Origin: Octopus sinensis
Lineage: Eukaryota
Assembly: GCF_006345805.1 (NCBI RefSeq)
Contig: NC_043016.1
Location: forward strand, 10,044,001-10,108,000
Length of the DNA: 64,000 nt
Direction of reading: 5' to 3'
In this document: positions 37,571 to 51,160 of the stretch, piece after piece
How the letters are laid out: the number at the start of each line of letters is the position of its first letter
Position numbering within the stretch: position 1 is the first letter of the stretch
Program-made: the position numbers and the translations under genes
Notes under the pieces: model-generated
What the model was told of the DNA's origin: nothing
The model's database searches: none
Seen by the model: only the letters and a program-made list of their open reading frames with translations

Positions 37571-39284
37571 CAAAACCTTTCTTAGTTATATATATATATA
37601 TATATATATACATACACACATAACTATCTGTCTACCTATCTGTGCAGGTGTATATATGTGTGTGTTTTATATATTATATATATATATATATATGGGCTTC
37701 TTTCAGTTTCCATCTACCAAATCCACTCACAAGGCTTTGGTCAGCTCAGGTCTGTAGTGGAAGGCACTTGCCCAAGGTGTCAGTGTCATGCAGTGGGAAT
37801 GAACCCTAAATCATATAACCACATGCTTGGGAAGCAGAGTTCCTACCACACAGCTATACCTGCACAAGACAAAATTATGAATATTAAATAGTTTTTTTTT
37901 TTCAGGTTGCAATTATGTGGGCGGAGTATACACTGTGTGGGCTGCATTCTATCATTGGGTGATGATTGTATTGAATATGAGTTGTGAAAATTATTGGAGA
38001 TATGCATCATCATCATCATCATCATTATTATTATTATTATTGTTATTATTATTATTTTGTAAAATCCAATTTATCAGTTAATTACGTGATTTAGAAAATG
38101 TCACATAAAGGTTGAACTTGTTTATTTGTAAGAATCAGCTATGTGAACTGGAACACTCCGACTGTGAAATATCTTAAAGAATTTATATTTTTGATATTGT
38201 TTTAATCAGAGCGAAAGTCGTTGGGTGATTGTTTGATTGCATTTTTTTTTGGGGGGGGGGGGGGTTCTGCTTTCTTCTATTTTTTTTTTGCATTGTATGG
38301 ATGAGAAACTCGTTTGCATCGTCATCCTCATCCTCATCATCATCATCATCATTTAATGTCTGTTTTTCTATGCTGGCATGGGTTGGATGGTTTGACCACA
38401 GCAGGCAAGCTGGAGCTGCACTAGATTCCAGTCTGATTTGGCCTGGTTTCTACGGCTGGACGCTCTTCCTAATGCCAACCACTTTATAGAATGTACTTAT
38501 CGAGTGCTTTTTACATGGCACCGGCATGAGTACTTTTGTGTGGTATTGGCGCTATCTATATATCTGTCTGCTAGGTATTTTGTCCAGCACGATAATGGTT
38601 CTGCCAGCTAACTGCCATAATAATAACAATAATGGTTTCATATTTTTGGCACAAAGCCAGCATGTTTTGTGGGAGGAGCTAAGTTGATTACATCGAACCC
38701 CAGTATTTAACTGGCACTTATTTTACCGACCCCTAAACGCTAAACAGCAAAACTGACCTCAGTGGAATTTGAACTCAGAGCACGAGGACAGATCAAATGC
38801 CACCAAGCATTTTTCCAGTGTGCTAATGATTCTGCCAGCTCACTGCCTTAATAATAATATTTGCTTCAAATTTTGGCACAAGGCCAGCATTTTCGGAGGG
38901 AGGGGCTAAGTTGATAAGTTATCAACCCCAGTGCTCAACTGGTAATTTATTTTATCAACCTTGAAAGGATAAAAGGCAAAGCCGACCCTTACGACAATTG
39001 AACTCAGAATGTAAAGGCGGGAGAAATGTTGCTAAACATTTTGTCTGGTATGGTAAATGATTCTTCCAGCTTGCCGCCTTCTCCACACTAACCACTTTGA
39101 ACAGTGTTTCCTCTCCTGAATGTCAGCTTTCTGGAATTCTTGCTCTGCACATGATTTTTAAATTGGTCATAAGAAATGTTAACAATGTAATATCTTTATT
39201 TATCTCATTTATCTTTATTTACCTTTGGTAGTGCCAAAGCAAAAGGCACTACCATCTCCTCTAAATGAAACCAGTAAAAAACAA

Positions 39285-40110
39285 AATCCATCCATCTGAC
39301 CATCCACCCATCCATCCATCCATCATCTATTCATTTGTCTCACCGTTTATTCATCCATTTATCCATCTATCTATCTGATCATCTGTCCATCCATCTGTCT
39401 GGCCATCCAGCTGTCCATCTGTCCATTTGTCTCACCATTTGTTTGTCCATTATCTATCTGTCTATCTGACCATTCATCCATCCATTTATCTGTCCATTTG
39501 CCTATCCTTTCATCCATTTGTCTCAACATCTGTTCATCCATTTATCCATCCATCTATCTGATCGTTTGTCCATCCTTCTGTTCGGCCATCCATCCATCCA
39601 CCCATCCATCCATCCATCTGTCCATCCATTCGTTTGTCCATCCGTCTTTCTATTTATCTATCCATCGATTTGTCTCAGCATCTGTTCAGCCATTTCTTCA
39701 TCCATCTATCTGACCATCCATCCATCCATCTGTCCATGCATCAATCCATCCGGCCATCTATCCATTTGTCTTCCTGATTGTTTATCCATTTATCCATCCA
39801 TTTGTCTGTCCATCTATCTGTCCATCCAGCCATTTGTCTATCCATCCATCGATTTGTCTTGCAGTCTGTTTATCCATCCATCCATCCATCCATCCATCCA
39901 TTCACCCACCCATCCATCCATCCATCCAGTCGTCCATCCGACCAGCTATCCATTTGTCTCAATGTTCTTGTATTCATTTATCCATTCATCTATCTGACCA
40001 TCCATCCATCCATCTATCTGACCATCCATCCATCCACTTGTCCTGCCTTTCATCTGTCCATCCATACATTTGTCTCCCTATCCATCCATCCATCTATTGG
40101 ACCATCTGTT
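39285..40110. repeat. Degenerate (ATCC)n/(ATCT)n tract
   Basis: Direct inspection; a similar (GGAT)n tract lies at 24300-24560. Confidence 0.9.
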
Positions 40111-42071
40111 GTTTTTCTTCCTGATAGAAGGAAGGGATTAAAAAGATAGATTTGGTGGAAATTGCAAATTATTATTTTATTATGTGTACATGTTTTCTTT
40201 GTGTGTTTAGTGGTGGCTTATTTTTGGGAAATCTTCAAGGCACAGGCATGGTCGTGTGATAAGAAGCTTGCTTCTCAACCACATGGTTCTAAGTTCATTC
40301 CCACTATGTGGCACCTTGCAAAAGTGTCTTCTGCTGTGGCCTCAGGCCGACCAAAGACTTGTGAGTGGATTTGGTAGACAGAAACTGGAAAGAAGTGCAT
40401 CATGGTACCTTGGGCAAGTGTCTTCTACTATAGCCTCGGGCCAACCAAAGCCTTGTGAATGGATTTCGTAGATGGAAACTGAAAGAAGCCCGTCATATAT
40501 TGAAATACATACTGAAGTCAGTATGATGAATTAAATTTTTAAAGGTGATACCCCATAATGGTGACAATCGAAAGACTAAACCCAATAAAATAATGTTTAA
40601 AGACTCAATGGCTTCAAATTTGTGGTAATGGATTACTAACCATAAGATAATGAGTTCAAAACTTGGCGTTGAACTTCCACTCTGTACAATAACACTATAT
40701 GTACATCTCAGTTTTCTTGGCTTCCAACAATTAATAATTGTAATTTGAAGTTGAATGAAGAAAGATGTCCAAATTTCTTACAAAATTATTGTACAAAATA
40801 TTCTGCAAAGAAGTATTTTTTCACCACAACAAAACACACACACACACACACACAAATGTGAGAAGGGCTTTTCAGCCATAAGGTGGTCAATATTCTTTTC
40901 TACTCTAGGCACAAGGTCTGAAATTTTAGTGGGAGGTGGCTAGTCTGCAATTGGTACTTAATATATCAACCCCGAAAGTATGAAAGGCAAAGTCGGCCTC
41001 AGTGGAATTTGAACTCAGAATGTAAAGACAGACAAAATACTGCCAAGCATTTCGCCCGTCATGCTAACGTTTCTGCCACAAGTTACCTTTAAAGATATAT
41101 ATATATATATATATATTATTCTTTTCTACTCTAGACACAAGGCTGGAAATTTTGGGGGAGGCAGGGGCAGTCGATTAGATCGACCCCATTACGCAACTGG
41201 TACTTAATTTATTGATCCCGAAAGGATGAAAGGCAAAGTCAACCTCAGCAGAATTTGAACTCAGAATGTAAAGACAGACGAAATACCGCTAAGCATTTCG
41301 CCCTGCATGCTAATGTTTATTATTTCTTTATTGCCCACAAGTGGTTAAACACAGAAGGGACAAACAAGGACAGACAAGGGATTAAGTCGATTAGATCGCC
41401 CCCCAGTGCGTAACTGGTACTTAATTTATCAACTCCGAAAGGGCGAAAGGCAAAGTTGACCACAGTGGAATTTGAACTCAGAATGTAATGGCAGACGAAA
41501 TACCACTAAACATTTCGCCCATTGTGCTAACGTTTCTGCAAGCTCATCACCTTCTGGTGGTCAATATAGTTGCTCTCCTTGTTGATTTTTTTTAGTTACA
41601 CTGTGTAGCGTTTTATTGTTTGTTTTGTAGTTAGTGTTTCGGTACAGATGTTTGTCAGCTTTATGTTTTACTAAGGTTTATTTTATCTGTCCATTACAAT
41701 TTCTTTTTTTGTGAAATTCTTTGTTTTGTTGCTTGATGTAGTATCTTGTTTTGACTATATCGTTAATTATGTATTTAATTATATTTAGTCTTTAGTATAT
41801 TGTGTTTGACGTTGTCTCTGTTTTTCTTTGAGAGCTTGCTTCTTTCTTGAAGTTGTATGTTTATTGATTGGTGTTGTTGTTGTTGTGACATTGTATATAA
41901 ACCTAAAAGCCATTTTAAAACAAAAAATTGCATTGTTTTATTCATATTTTCTCTTTGTTTTTTTTTTGTCTTTTTCTAATGTAAACTAAAATAGGATAGC
42001 TACAAAAATGCACTAGAGACTACCAAGAGTTGTAAAGTCCTTCATACTGTCCTACATGGTTCCTCTGAGGG

Positions 42072-42453
42072 GACTAGCATAACTAGGGTGGCGGTAGTGG
42101 TGGTCCACCCTGGGCAGCGCTTTTGGGTCTGCTGTAGGTAATATGTGTTTTTTTGAGGGGTCCAGGGCCGGCAAATGGAAGGGTCACCCTGGGCAGCACT
42201 TTTGGGTTTGCTGTAGGCAATATGTGTTTTTTGTGGGGTCCAGGGCCGGCAAATGGAAGGGTCACCCTGGGCAGCACTTTTGGGTTTGCTGTAGGCAATA
42301 TGTGTTTTTTGTGGGGTCCAGGGCCGGCAAATGGAAGGGTCGCCCTGGGCAGCACTTTTGGGTTTGCTGTAGGCAATATGTGTTTTTTGTGGGGTCTGGG
42401 GCCGGCAAATGGAAGGGCCACCCCGGGCAGCACACACTCTTGCTACACTAGTG
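42072..42453. mobile_element. hAT-like MITE with an internal 78-bp tandem repeat (about 4.3 copies)
   Basis: 8-bp TSD TCTGAGGG at 42064-42071 and 42454-42461; degenerate TIRs GACTAGCATAACTAG / CTTGCTACACTAGTG; repeat anchors at 42165, 42243, 42321 and 42399. Confidence 0.65.
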
Positions 42454-42757
42454 TCTGAGGGTGCTCTTTGCCAAGTGTCTAAGGCAGCTGGTACATTCAT
42501 CATTAAAAAGTTAAGGTGCTTTTACTTGGTGTTGGAATATTTCAGAATTAGGATCCTGTCTTCAGAAAATCTTCAAATAAAAAGTGTTGTTAGTTAGATC
42601 TCTACTCTGTAATGTTCAGTGTACGAAGAGTTATTTTGTGTTGCTATAATAGCCAGTCAGCTGCATCCATTTCAGATCTGTTGTTAATATGCAGGTGGTG
42701 CTTAAGGTGGCATTCTGGCAAAATCATTAACATGCTGGGTAAAATGCTTCGTGGCAC

Positions 42758-42947
42758 ATATATATATGTATATGTAAAGTTAATCCAAACATGAAAACAC
42801 AAAGGGAAAACACAACAACGCGAGGACGTGGAACAAGTATAGTGTTATTGGACGCTCAGGAAAGGAAAGAAAGAAGGAGGATTTAACGTTTCGAGCGGAG
42901 CTCTTCATCAGAAACATAGAAAAAAGAAAGTTCCAAGGAAAGGAAGA
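42758..42947 (-). mobile_element. Short microsatellite-anchored element carrying a minimal hammerhead
   Basis: Minus strand GTTT-CTGATGA-A-GAGC-tcc-GCTC-GAAACGTT-AAAT at 42881-42915; near-identical to 50976-51159; 3' end runs into (TA)n. Confidence 0.75.
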
Positions 42948-43357
42948 CTGTTTTCATGTTCTGAGTTGAAAATCTGCTGGGGACGATCTTGCCTTTCATC
43001 CTTATGTATTTTTCGTGAGGTCTGGGGCCGGCAAATGGAAGGGCCGCCCTGGGCAGCACACACTCTTGCTACACTAGTGTCTGAGGGTGCTCTTTGTCAA
43101 GAGCAGGATTTATGGCAGATGAATTGTAGACAGGAACTTTGCTGTGGACTAGCTGGTCTGCGGACTATCTGGTCTGCAGTGATGTGAACTTCCAGTTGAG
43201 TGAGCTTCGAGAGGCAGAGGTAACTGGCAGCTGTTACCCTGTTATACTTAAAGGAATAAATCTTTCACTAATACAGTCTCATCTCTATGAGTTTATTTGT
43301 GTATAGCCTTGGGAGTGGATTTGGCAGATGGAAACTGAAAGAAGCCCATCGTATATA

Positions 43358-43394
<37 letters not shown>

Positions 43395-43701
43395 ATGTGT
43401 TTGTGTGTCTGTTTGTCACCCCCAACATTGCTTGACAACCGATGCTGGTGTATTTACATCCCTGTAACTTAGCGGTTTGGGAAAAAAGAGACCAATAGAA
43501 TAAGTACTAGGCTTACAAAGAATAAGTCTTGGGGTCGATTTGCTTGACTAAAGGCAGTGCTCCAGCATAGCCACAGTCAAATGACTGAAACAAGTAAAAG
43601 AGACTCTATGTCAAGAGACTGTCCAACTCATATCAGTATAGAACGGCAGATATAAATATGTTGATGATGATGGGCACACTTGTCTAAGTGATGAACTGAA
43701 G

Positions 43702-43733
<32 letters not shown>

Positions 43734-44881
43734 AGAGAGAGAGAGGGAGAGGAAGAAAGAGAGCCTCTACATAGTTGCTTGATCTGCTCTGAATCACAGC
43801 CAAATCTCTAGCAAATGGCCCACTCCCATCCTCTGTCACTTCCTTGATGCAGTGGTTTTTGAAATAGGGAACTGTGGCACACTGGCACACTGGCACATCA
43901 TAAAGAGCATCAGTTCATCATTGATGTTTAAAGATATAATTTAAGGCTTTAATAAACCCATATTTAGTGCTTTTGAGAGTCTTAAACGATGTGTTTTTCT
44001 TTCGTTATACACTGTTAAAGTAAACAAGACAAGGTAACTTGTAGTTTTCTCTGTTTTCATTTATTGTGTGCCTTTTGCTTGTTTCAATCATTGGATTGCA
44101 GCCATGCTGAGGTACCACCTAGGCAAACAGATTCACCCTTGTACTTACTTTCTATGTTTGATACTTATTTCTATCAATCTTGTTTGCTGAGCTGCTAAGT
44201 TATAGGCTGTGAAAAAAAAGGCCAATACTAGTTGTGAAGTAGTTGGGTGGCAAGCACATGCACAAGCATACTTATGCACACTCACACATGCATACACACA
44301 TACACACACGCAAACGGACACACACACACAAACACAAACATACACACATACAAACAAACACACACATGCATAAACACACACATGCATAAACACACACATG
44401 CATAAACACACACATGCTCACACAGAATCCATGCAAAGGATTTCCTCACAATTTCTGCCAAATTCCTTCATGAGGTATTGGTCAGCCTGGTGCTTTAGTA
44501 GAAAACATTTGCCCAAGGTGCCACCCAGAGGTACTGAACTTGAACCCATGTGGTCACAAGGCGTGTTCCATAACCACACAGCCATGCCTAAATTTTTAAT
44601 TTTTACTTTTGAATTTTTAATTAAAAAATGTTTAATTTTTAAGTCTTGTTTTTTTATTTTTAAGTTTCCATGTAAAGTGCACCCAGAGCAGCACAAAGTC
44701 AGAGAACTATTACTCTTTCCCCTTAACAAAGGAAGGACACAGAGGACAGTGTAATGTTAGATATAAATAAAAGACAGGTTGGTCAAAGCTGGAAGGCTTT
44801 TAATCAAAGACCTGCTTGATTAGAACTGACTTCTAAGGAAAAACAACAGCAGTAAACACAGCAACTAACCTGAGTGAACGT

Positions 44882-46119
44882 TTAACCGTTTCGTTACCAT
44901 ATTTCTGTTGAGATGCTCTGTGTTTCTTTCAATTAATTTTAAATACAACAAAGAACTTAGTAAAATAATTTGGTTATCATTAAGTTAGTTTTAGGAACAT
45001 AAATTGTGACTAAGGTTTAGAGGAAGATTTTAATTCAAAACTTATGCAAACAAAACATTTATACTCAGAGCCAGAGCTGGTTTCAGCCGAGTTGGTAATG
45101 AAAGGGTTAAGAATTGTTTCTCTATTATATATTTTAACCCTTTTGTTACCATATTTCTGTTGAGATGCTCTGTGTTTCTTTCAATTAATTTTAAATATAA
45201 CAAAGAAATTAGTAAAATAACTTAGTTATCATTAAGCTAGTGTTAGGAACATAAATTGTGACTAAGGCTTGGTGGAAGATTTTAATTCAAAACTTATGCA
45301 AACAGGACATTTGTACTCAGAGCCAGAGCTGGTTTCAGCCGAGTTGGTAATGAAAGGGTTAAGAATTGTTTCTCTATTATATATTTTAACCCTTTTGTTA
45401 CCATATTTCTGTTGAGATGCTCTGTGTTTCTTTCAATTAATTTTAAATATAACAAAGAATTTAGTAAAATAACTTAGTTATCATTAAGCTAGTGTTAGGA
45501 ACATAAATTGTGACTAAGGCTTGGTGGAAGATTTTAATTCAAAACTTATGCAAACAAAACATTTATACTCAGAGCCAGAGCCTGTTTCAGCCGGGTTGGT
45601 AATGAAAGGGTTAAGAATTGTTTCTCTATTATATATTTTAACCCTTTTGTTACCATATTTCTGTTGAGATGCTCTGTGTTTCTTTCAATTAATTTTAAAT
45701 ATAACAAAGAATTTAGTAAAATAACTTAGTTATCATTAAGCTAGTGTTAGGAACATAAATTGTGACTAAGGCTTGGTGGAAGATGAAGATTTTAATTCAA
45801 AACTTATGCAAACAAAACATTTATACTCAGAGCCAGAGCCTGTTTCAGCCGGGTTGGTAATGAAAGGGTTAAGAATTGTTTCTCTATTATATATTTTAAC
45901 CCTTTTACTGTATTTCTGTTGAGATGCTCTTTGTTTCTTTCAATTAATTTTAAATATAACAAAGAAATTAGTAAAATAACTTAGTTATCATTCATCTAGT
46001 GTTAGGAACAAATTGTGACTAAGGTTTGGTGGAAGATTTTAATTCAAAACTTATGCAAACAGGACATTTGTACTCAGAGCCAGAGCCGGTTTCAGCCGTG
46101 TTGGTAATGAAAGGGTTAA
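44882..46119. repeat. Five tandem piggyBac-type MITEs (period 252 bp) separated by a 23-bp spacer
   Basis: Each unit TTAA|CCCTTT(C/T)GTTACC ... GGTAATGAAAGGG|TTAA; units start at 44882, 45134, 45386, 45638 and 45896; spacer GAATTGTTTCTCTATTATATATT. Confidence 0.9.
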
Positions 46120-47679
46120 GCTAAAGTTGCATTTTGACAGAGTTTTGAACTCAAACTAATGGTGAGTGGAATTAAATGCTAAAATATTTAGTTTAAACCC
46201 TTAGTGATTCGGACAGCATCCTGCCATTTGTGAGATGAAATAAGGAAGATCACCTAATCTATAATTCACTGATGGAAATTGAATGCGTTCCAATTTTATA
46301 GTTGAATATTTGGCTCTACTTTAAAGGATATTTGGTTGTCAAAAGTGGTGTTTTTAGCAATTAATATTTCAATCAGGAAGGCAATCAGATAATTAATTAG
46401 ATAATAATTGCGGAGAAAGAAAAAAAAATTGGCCAATGCTTGCGAACCACTTAGGGATTTTCATGTAGAGAATCACTAAATAGTTGCTCAACCTGCTAGA
46501 TATAACAGCCAAAGGTTTTTCTAGCTTTTAAAAAATGGGAAGGATCTATGAGAATCTGAGATAGTTTGAAAAGATGGGATGGTCACTGTTAGATTGGTTT
46601 TATTCATAAGTCTGCTCAGTCAGTGTTGACTCCGATTGAGGAGACTAATGATTAAACAACAAGGAATCTCTGGTTTAGTGCAGCATGGAAAACAGTGATG
46701 GTAATCTCTGTTGAGCCAGAGAGTGGAGAAGCTTTTACATTGCCAATCAACATGCTAGAAATAGCAGTCAAAGCTCCTATAAACCAGATCCTACTTAAAA
46801 AGTTTTAAAAAAAAGAACTCATTGAATTATGTAGTACTAAAGCAATTTTATCTGGAAGCACAAAAATTTCTTTCTGGGAAGGGTTCTGATTTTCTCACCT
46901 GTGAATATTAGTCCCCAGTATATGCAAAGTTTAAGGGGGCAAGCTGGCAGAATGCTTGGCATTCTGGGAAAAATGCCTAATTACATTTCATCCATTTTTA
47001 TGATCTGAGTTCAAATTCTGCTGAGGTTGACTTTGTCTTTCCAAATAAGTAACAGTTGAGCCCCGGAGTCAATGTAATTGACTTACCCCTCTCCCAAAAT
47101 TGCTGGCCTTGTGCCAAAATTTGAAATCAGCATTTATATGAGGTAAAGCAGTGAGCTGGCGGAACAATTAGCATGCAGGCGAAATGCTTGGCAGCAGTTC
47201 ATCTGTCTTTACTTTCTGAGTTCAGATGCCACTAGGATTGACTTTGCTTTTCTTCCTTTTTGGGGTTGATAAAATAAGTACCTGTTGAACTCTGGGGTCG
47301 ATGTAATCAACTTACCCCTCTCCCAAAATTGCTGATCCTGTGCCAACATTTGGAACCAATACATGCAAACTTTCTCTGAGAATTCAATAAATTTTTAGGC
47401 TTGAATATATGTACCCTAACACCCCTCCATCATAGTCCCCTGTGCATAGTATTGAACACACACATGATTTTGTAAACTTATGTAGTGGTTGTCCTGTCTC
47501 CGTGTCACAAAGTGAACAAATGGCTCAGGGCAAAAATTTTATGACCCTATATTTTCTGTGTTTTAATCCCTGGGAGCTTGATTTTTCTGCCTTTCGCCCC
47601 TATCAAGGTTAATAGAACAATCCAGGTTTCCTGCACCAATGTAACCCTTTTGTGTTAGACTCCCTGAGCAAGCAATGAA

Positions 47680-48130
47680 GTGTGGCCTGGATTTTAGTCA
47701 CATTGGTCCCTGTTCTGCTCTATAGTTGTGAGACTTGGACACTGTCTGGGACCCTTAAGTGCCACTTGAATTCCTTTGGTACCAGGGTACTTCACATGAT
47801 TATGGGTTACCATTGGTTGGATTTTGTATCAAACCAACAACTCTATTCAGAAACTGGGATGTGTTCTGTTACTTGTATGATTCAGTGACACCAGCTCAGA
47901 CTGTTTGACCATGTTTCTTGGTTCTCTAAGTTAGACCTTACTTTCCATGTTCTTTTCCTTGAGGATCCAGCTGGGTTGACAGCTTGTCTTGGTCAGCCAC
48001 CTCCCACATGGTCATGGCAGATGGGGAGGTGTCTCATGGAAATGGGAACTGGCTGGGACTCTGCTTGATAGGTTGCCTGGGAGGACTTGGTAATAAACTG
48101 ACAAATGGTGAATGTAACAACACACTACAG
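47680..48130 (+). pseudogene. RTE-type LINE C-terminal fragment
   Basis: LVPVLLYSCETWTL...IMGYHWLDFVSNQQLYSETG...QLRLFDHV. Confidence 0.8.
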
Positions 48131-48154
48131 TGGTGCATGTCCCTGCACCAGATC

Positions 48155-48970
48155 CGTCTTTTGCTAGCTGAAATATCTCATTTGTGCACACTATGTCTTC
48201 AGGTGATAGCATTAGTTCACTAACTGAATGGGTTGATCTTGGCCATTTACTGTTTCTTGTCTGTTCATTCACTTAGCATCTAATGATATTCCCCATTGAC
48301 ATAAACATCTGACTTGGATTTGAGTTTCACTGGTCATTTGCTATGATTACAGATGATAGCAGTAATTCAGTAATCCTGGCTCTTGTTAGTTTGTTGTCTG
48401 TTCATTGTCTCAACATTTAGTAATATATTCACCATTGACTCAAACATCTGGCTTGGGTTTCAGTGACATCAGACATTTGCTAATTGAAATATCTCTTTTC
48501 TGCATGCCTTGACTACAGTTAATAACAGTAGTTCAGTAATTAAACTGGTTGATCCTGGCCACTGACAATTTCTTGTCCATTCATCTGCTCAGCATTTAGT
48601 GATATTCACCATTGGCTCAAACATCTGACTTGGGTTTTAGTTACACTGGTCATTTGCTAGCTGAAATTTCTCATCTCTGCATTCCATGATTACAGACGAT
48701 AGATATAGTTCACTAACTGAACTGGTTAATACTAGCCATTGACAGTTTGTTTGTTCATCATCTCAGCATTTAGTAATATTCACCATTGATTTGAGCATCT
48801 GACTTGGATTTTAGTTACATTTATCTTTACCTAGCTGAAATCTCTCATCTACACATGCCATGACCATAGGTGATAGCAGTAGTTCACTAACTGAGCTACT
48901 CCATCCTTGCTGTTGACAGTTTGTTGTTTGCTCATCCACTCAACATCCAGTTATCTTTGCCATTGACTCA
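48155..48970. repeat. Diverged tandem repeat of about 175 bp, about 5 copies
   Basis: Anchor (G/C)CTA(GC/AT)TGAAAT at about 48163, 48479, 48657 and 48831; recurring AAACATCTG(A/G)CTTGG. Confidence 0.75.
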
Positions 48971-49256
48971 GTAAGAGTCACCTGCCCAAATAGTTCACAT
49001 CTGCCATGATGCATCCCATGATATCAACATGCCCTAGCTTAGGTGGTTACCACTTCTATTTACATGCTAATTAACCTATAACTGGAATCCTGACAGGTGC
49101 TATTACTCAGGATCAAAGTAGGGCAGGAAACAATAATGGTTAAGGGGTGCATCCACGTTCCTCAAAATCATAGGGCTCCTGAACCAGGGTTCCACAACTG
49201 GGTGCCATTTAGTCATACCCAACACTGAATAAAACACTAGTAAAATACTGGGGTTG

Positions 49257-49562
49257 TGGAAGCACATGGCCTAGTGGACTCGCAGTTGAGGGATCATGGG
49301 TTTGAATCTCAGACTGGGTGATGCATGTATTTATGAGCAAACCACCTAAGCTCCACACAGCTCTGGCAGAAGGTAATGGTGAAATTCTGCCGACTCTTTC
49401 ACCACAACTTTCTCTCACTCTCTCCTCCTGAATCTAGCAGCTCAGTTGCGATGGACCGACTTCTCATCCAGGTGGGGGAACCTATATGCCAACGAAACTG
49501 GGAAACCAGCCCCTCATGAGCCAGGTATGGCTCGAGAAGGCATAAGCAACAACAACAACAAC
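49257..49562 (+). mobile_element. tRNA-headed SINE with a (CAA)n tail
   Basis: 15-bp TSD AAAATACTGGGGTTG at 49242-49256 and 49563-49577. Confidence 0.85.
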
Positions 49563-50975
49563 AAAATACTGGGGTTGAATTAATTAATCATATTCCTCCT
49601 TGAAAATTTCTGGTCTTGTGCCAATATTAGGAAATTCATTACTTCCTTCCCTTTGGAAATGGCACCAATGAGATGGCAATAATTCTTCGGATTAAACAGC
49701 CATGCAAGAAATCAATATCATAATCTGTCTTCCTCAGGAACTCTGGATAACGGATTTGCTTTTGGCAATAGTCATTAAATGATGATGGTTAGCAGTGTTT
49801 TTAGTTCGTCAAGCTAATTGCCATCATTCTACTCACTGCTACCTTGATTGTAGAATGCTAATTAAATATCTTCCACACTGCTTGTCTTGTACACTGATTG
49901 TTAAAATCCATCCAACCAGCCATTTATCTATTTATCTGCCAAACCACACTCCAACATGTGCATCTCTCTCTCTCTCTTTCTTTCTCTCCCTCTTTCTTTT
50001 TCATTTTCTTTTTCTCTTTCTCTCTCCTATTCTCTCTTTCTCACTTTTTCTCCCTGTCTACTCTTTTTCTTTCTCTCATCCTCTCTCTCTCTCTCCTTCT
50101 CTGTGTCTCTCCCTCTCTTTCTTCCCCTCCTCTCTCTCTCTTCCTCTCCTCCTCTTTCCTCCTCCTCTCTCCCACCACTTCTCCCCCTCTCTCCCCCCTC
50201 TCTTCCTCCTCTCTCTTCCCCTCCTACCCCTCTCTTCTCATCCTCCCCTCTTCCCCCTCCTCTCTCTTCCCCCTCTTCCCCCTCCCTTCTCTTCCCCTCT
50301 CTCTGTCTTTGTTAAAGAAACAACTCTGTTTGCTTGTGCTGCATGCCCAGTGAGACACAGCAAGAGAGACAGTGAGAGAGAGAGAGACAATGAGAGACAG
50401 TGTCAAAAAGTGCTAGAGAGAGAGAGGTGGGGAGAGGAAAGAAGAAAGAGAGAGAGAGAGAAAGATATCAAAATAGCAGATGCTATCATCACATTACCAG
50501 CCAGTAATAAACAAAACACAGCAGAACCATTTGCATGTACCCTCCACCCCAAATTCTTCACTGACCTGAACGCCATTAAAATTCACCATTTTCCAATTGT
50601 TATGATTTAAGATATTCCTATCTTTTATTCTTGCACTTGTTTCACTCATTGCACCGAGGTCATGGTGGAGCACTGCCCTAAAGTGTTTTGGTTGAATGAA
50701 TCGAGCTCCAATAATTTCTGTAATTATTGTTTTCAAACCTGGTACTTATTCTGTCAGTTTCCTTTTGCTAAATTGTAAGTTACAGAGGATGTAAACAAAC
50801 CAACACTGGTTGTCAAGCAATTGTGGGGGGGATAAGCACAAACATAAAGACACACTGGTACATACATAAAAATACACACATACACACACACATAAACACA
50901 TACTCAAACTCACACACATGTACATACATATTCAAAATGTGACTGCGTGTGTACCGTTGGCAATTTTTTTCCTCT

Positions 50976-51159
50976 GTCTTCCCTTCCTTGGATCTTTCTT
51001 TTTTCTATGTTTCTGATGAAGAGTTCCGCTCGAAACGTTAAATCCTCCTTCTTTCTTTTTCCTGAGCATCCAATAACACTATACTTGTTCCATGTCCTCG
51101 TGTTGTTGTGTTTTCTCTTTGTGTTTTCATGTTTGGATTAACTTTACATACATATATAT
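50976..51159 (+). mobile_element. Second copy of the minimal-hammerhead element
   Basis: CTGATGA (51013-51019), stem II GAGT-tcc-GCTC, GAAAC (51032-51036), GTT, stem I GTTT/AAAT; ends ...TTAACTTTACATACATATATAT. Confidence 0.75.
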
Positions 51160-51160
51160 C

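Noticed and set aside
39226-39254. 10-bp perfect hairpin TGGTAGTGCC/GGCACTACCA
   Set aside because: Single short stem, plausible by chance in 64 kb; not a histone stem-loop or known motif
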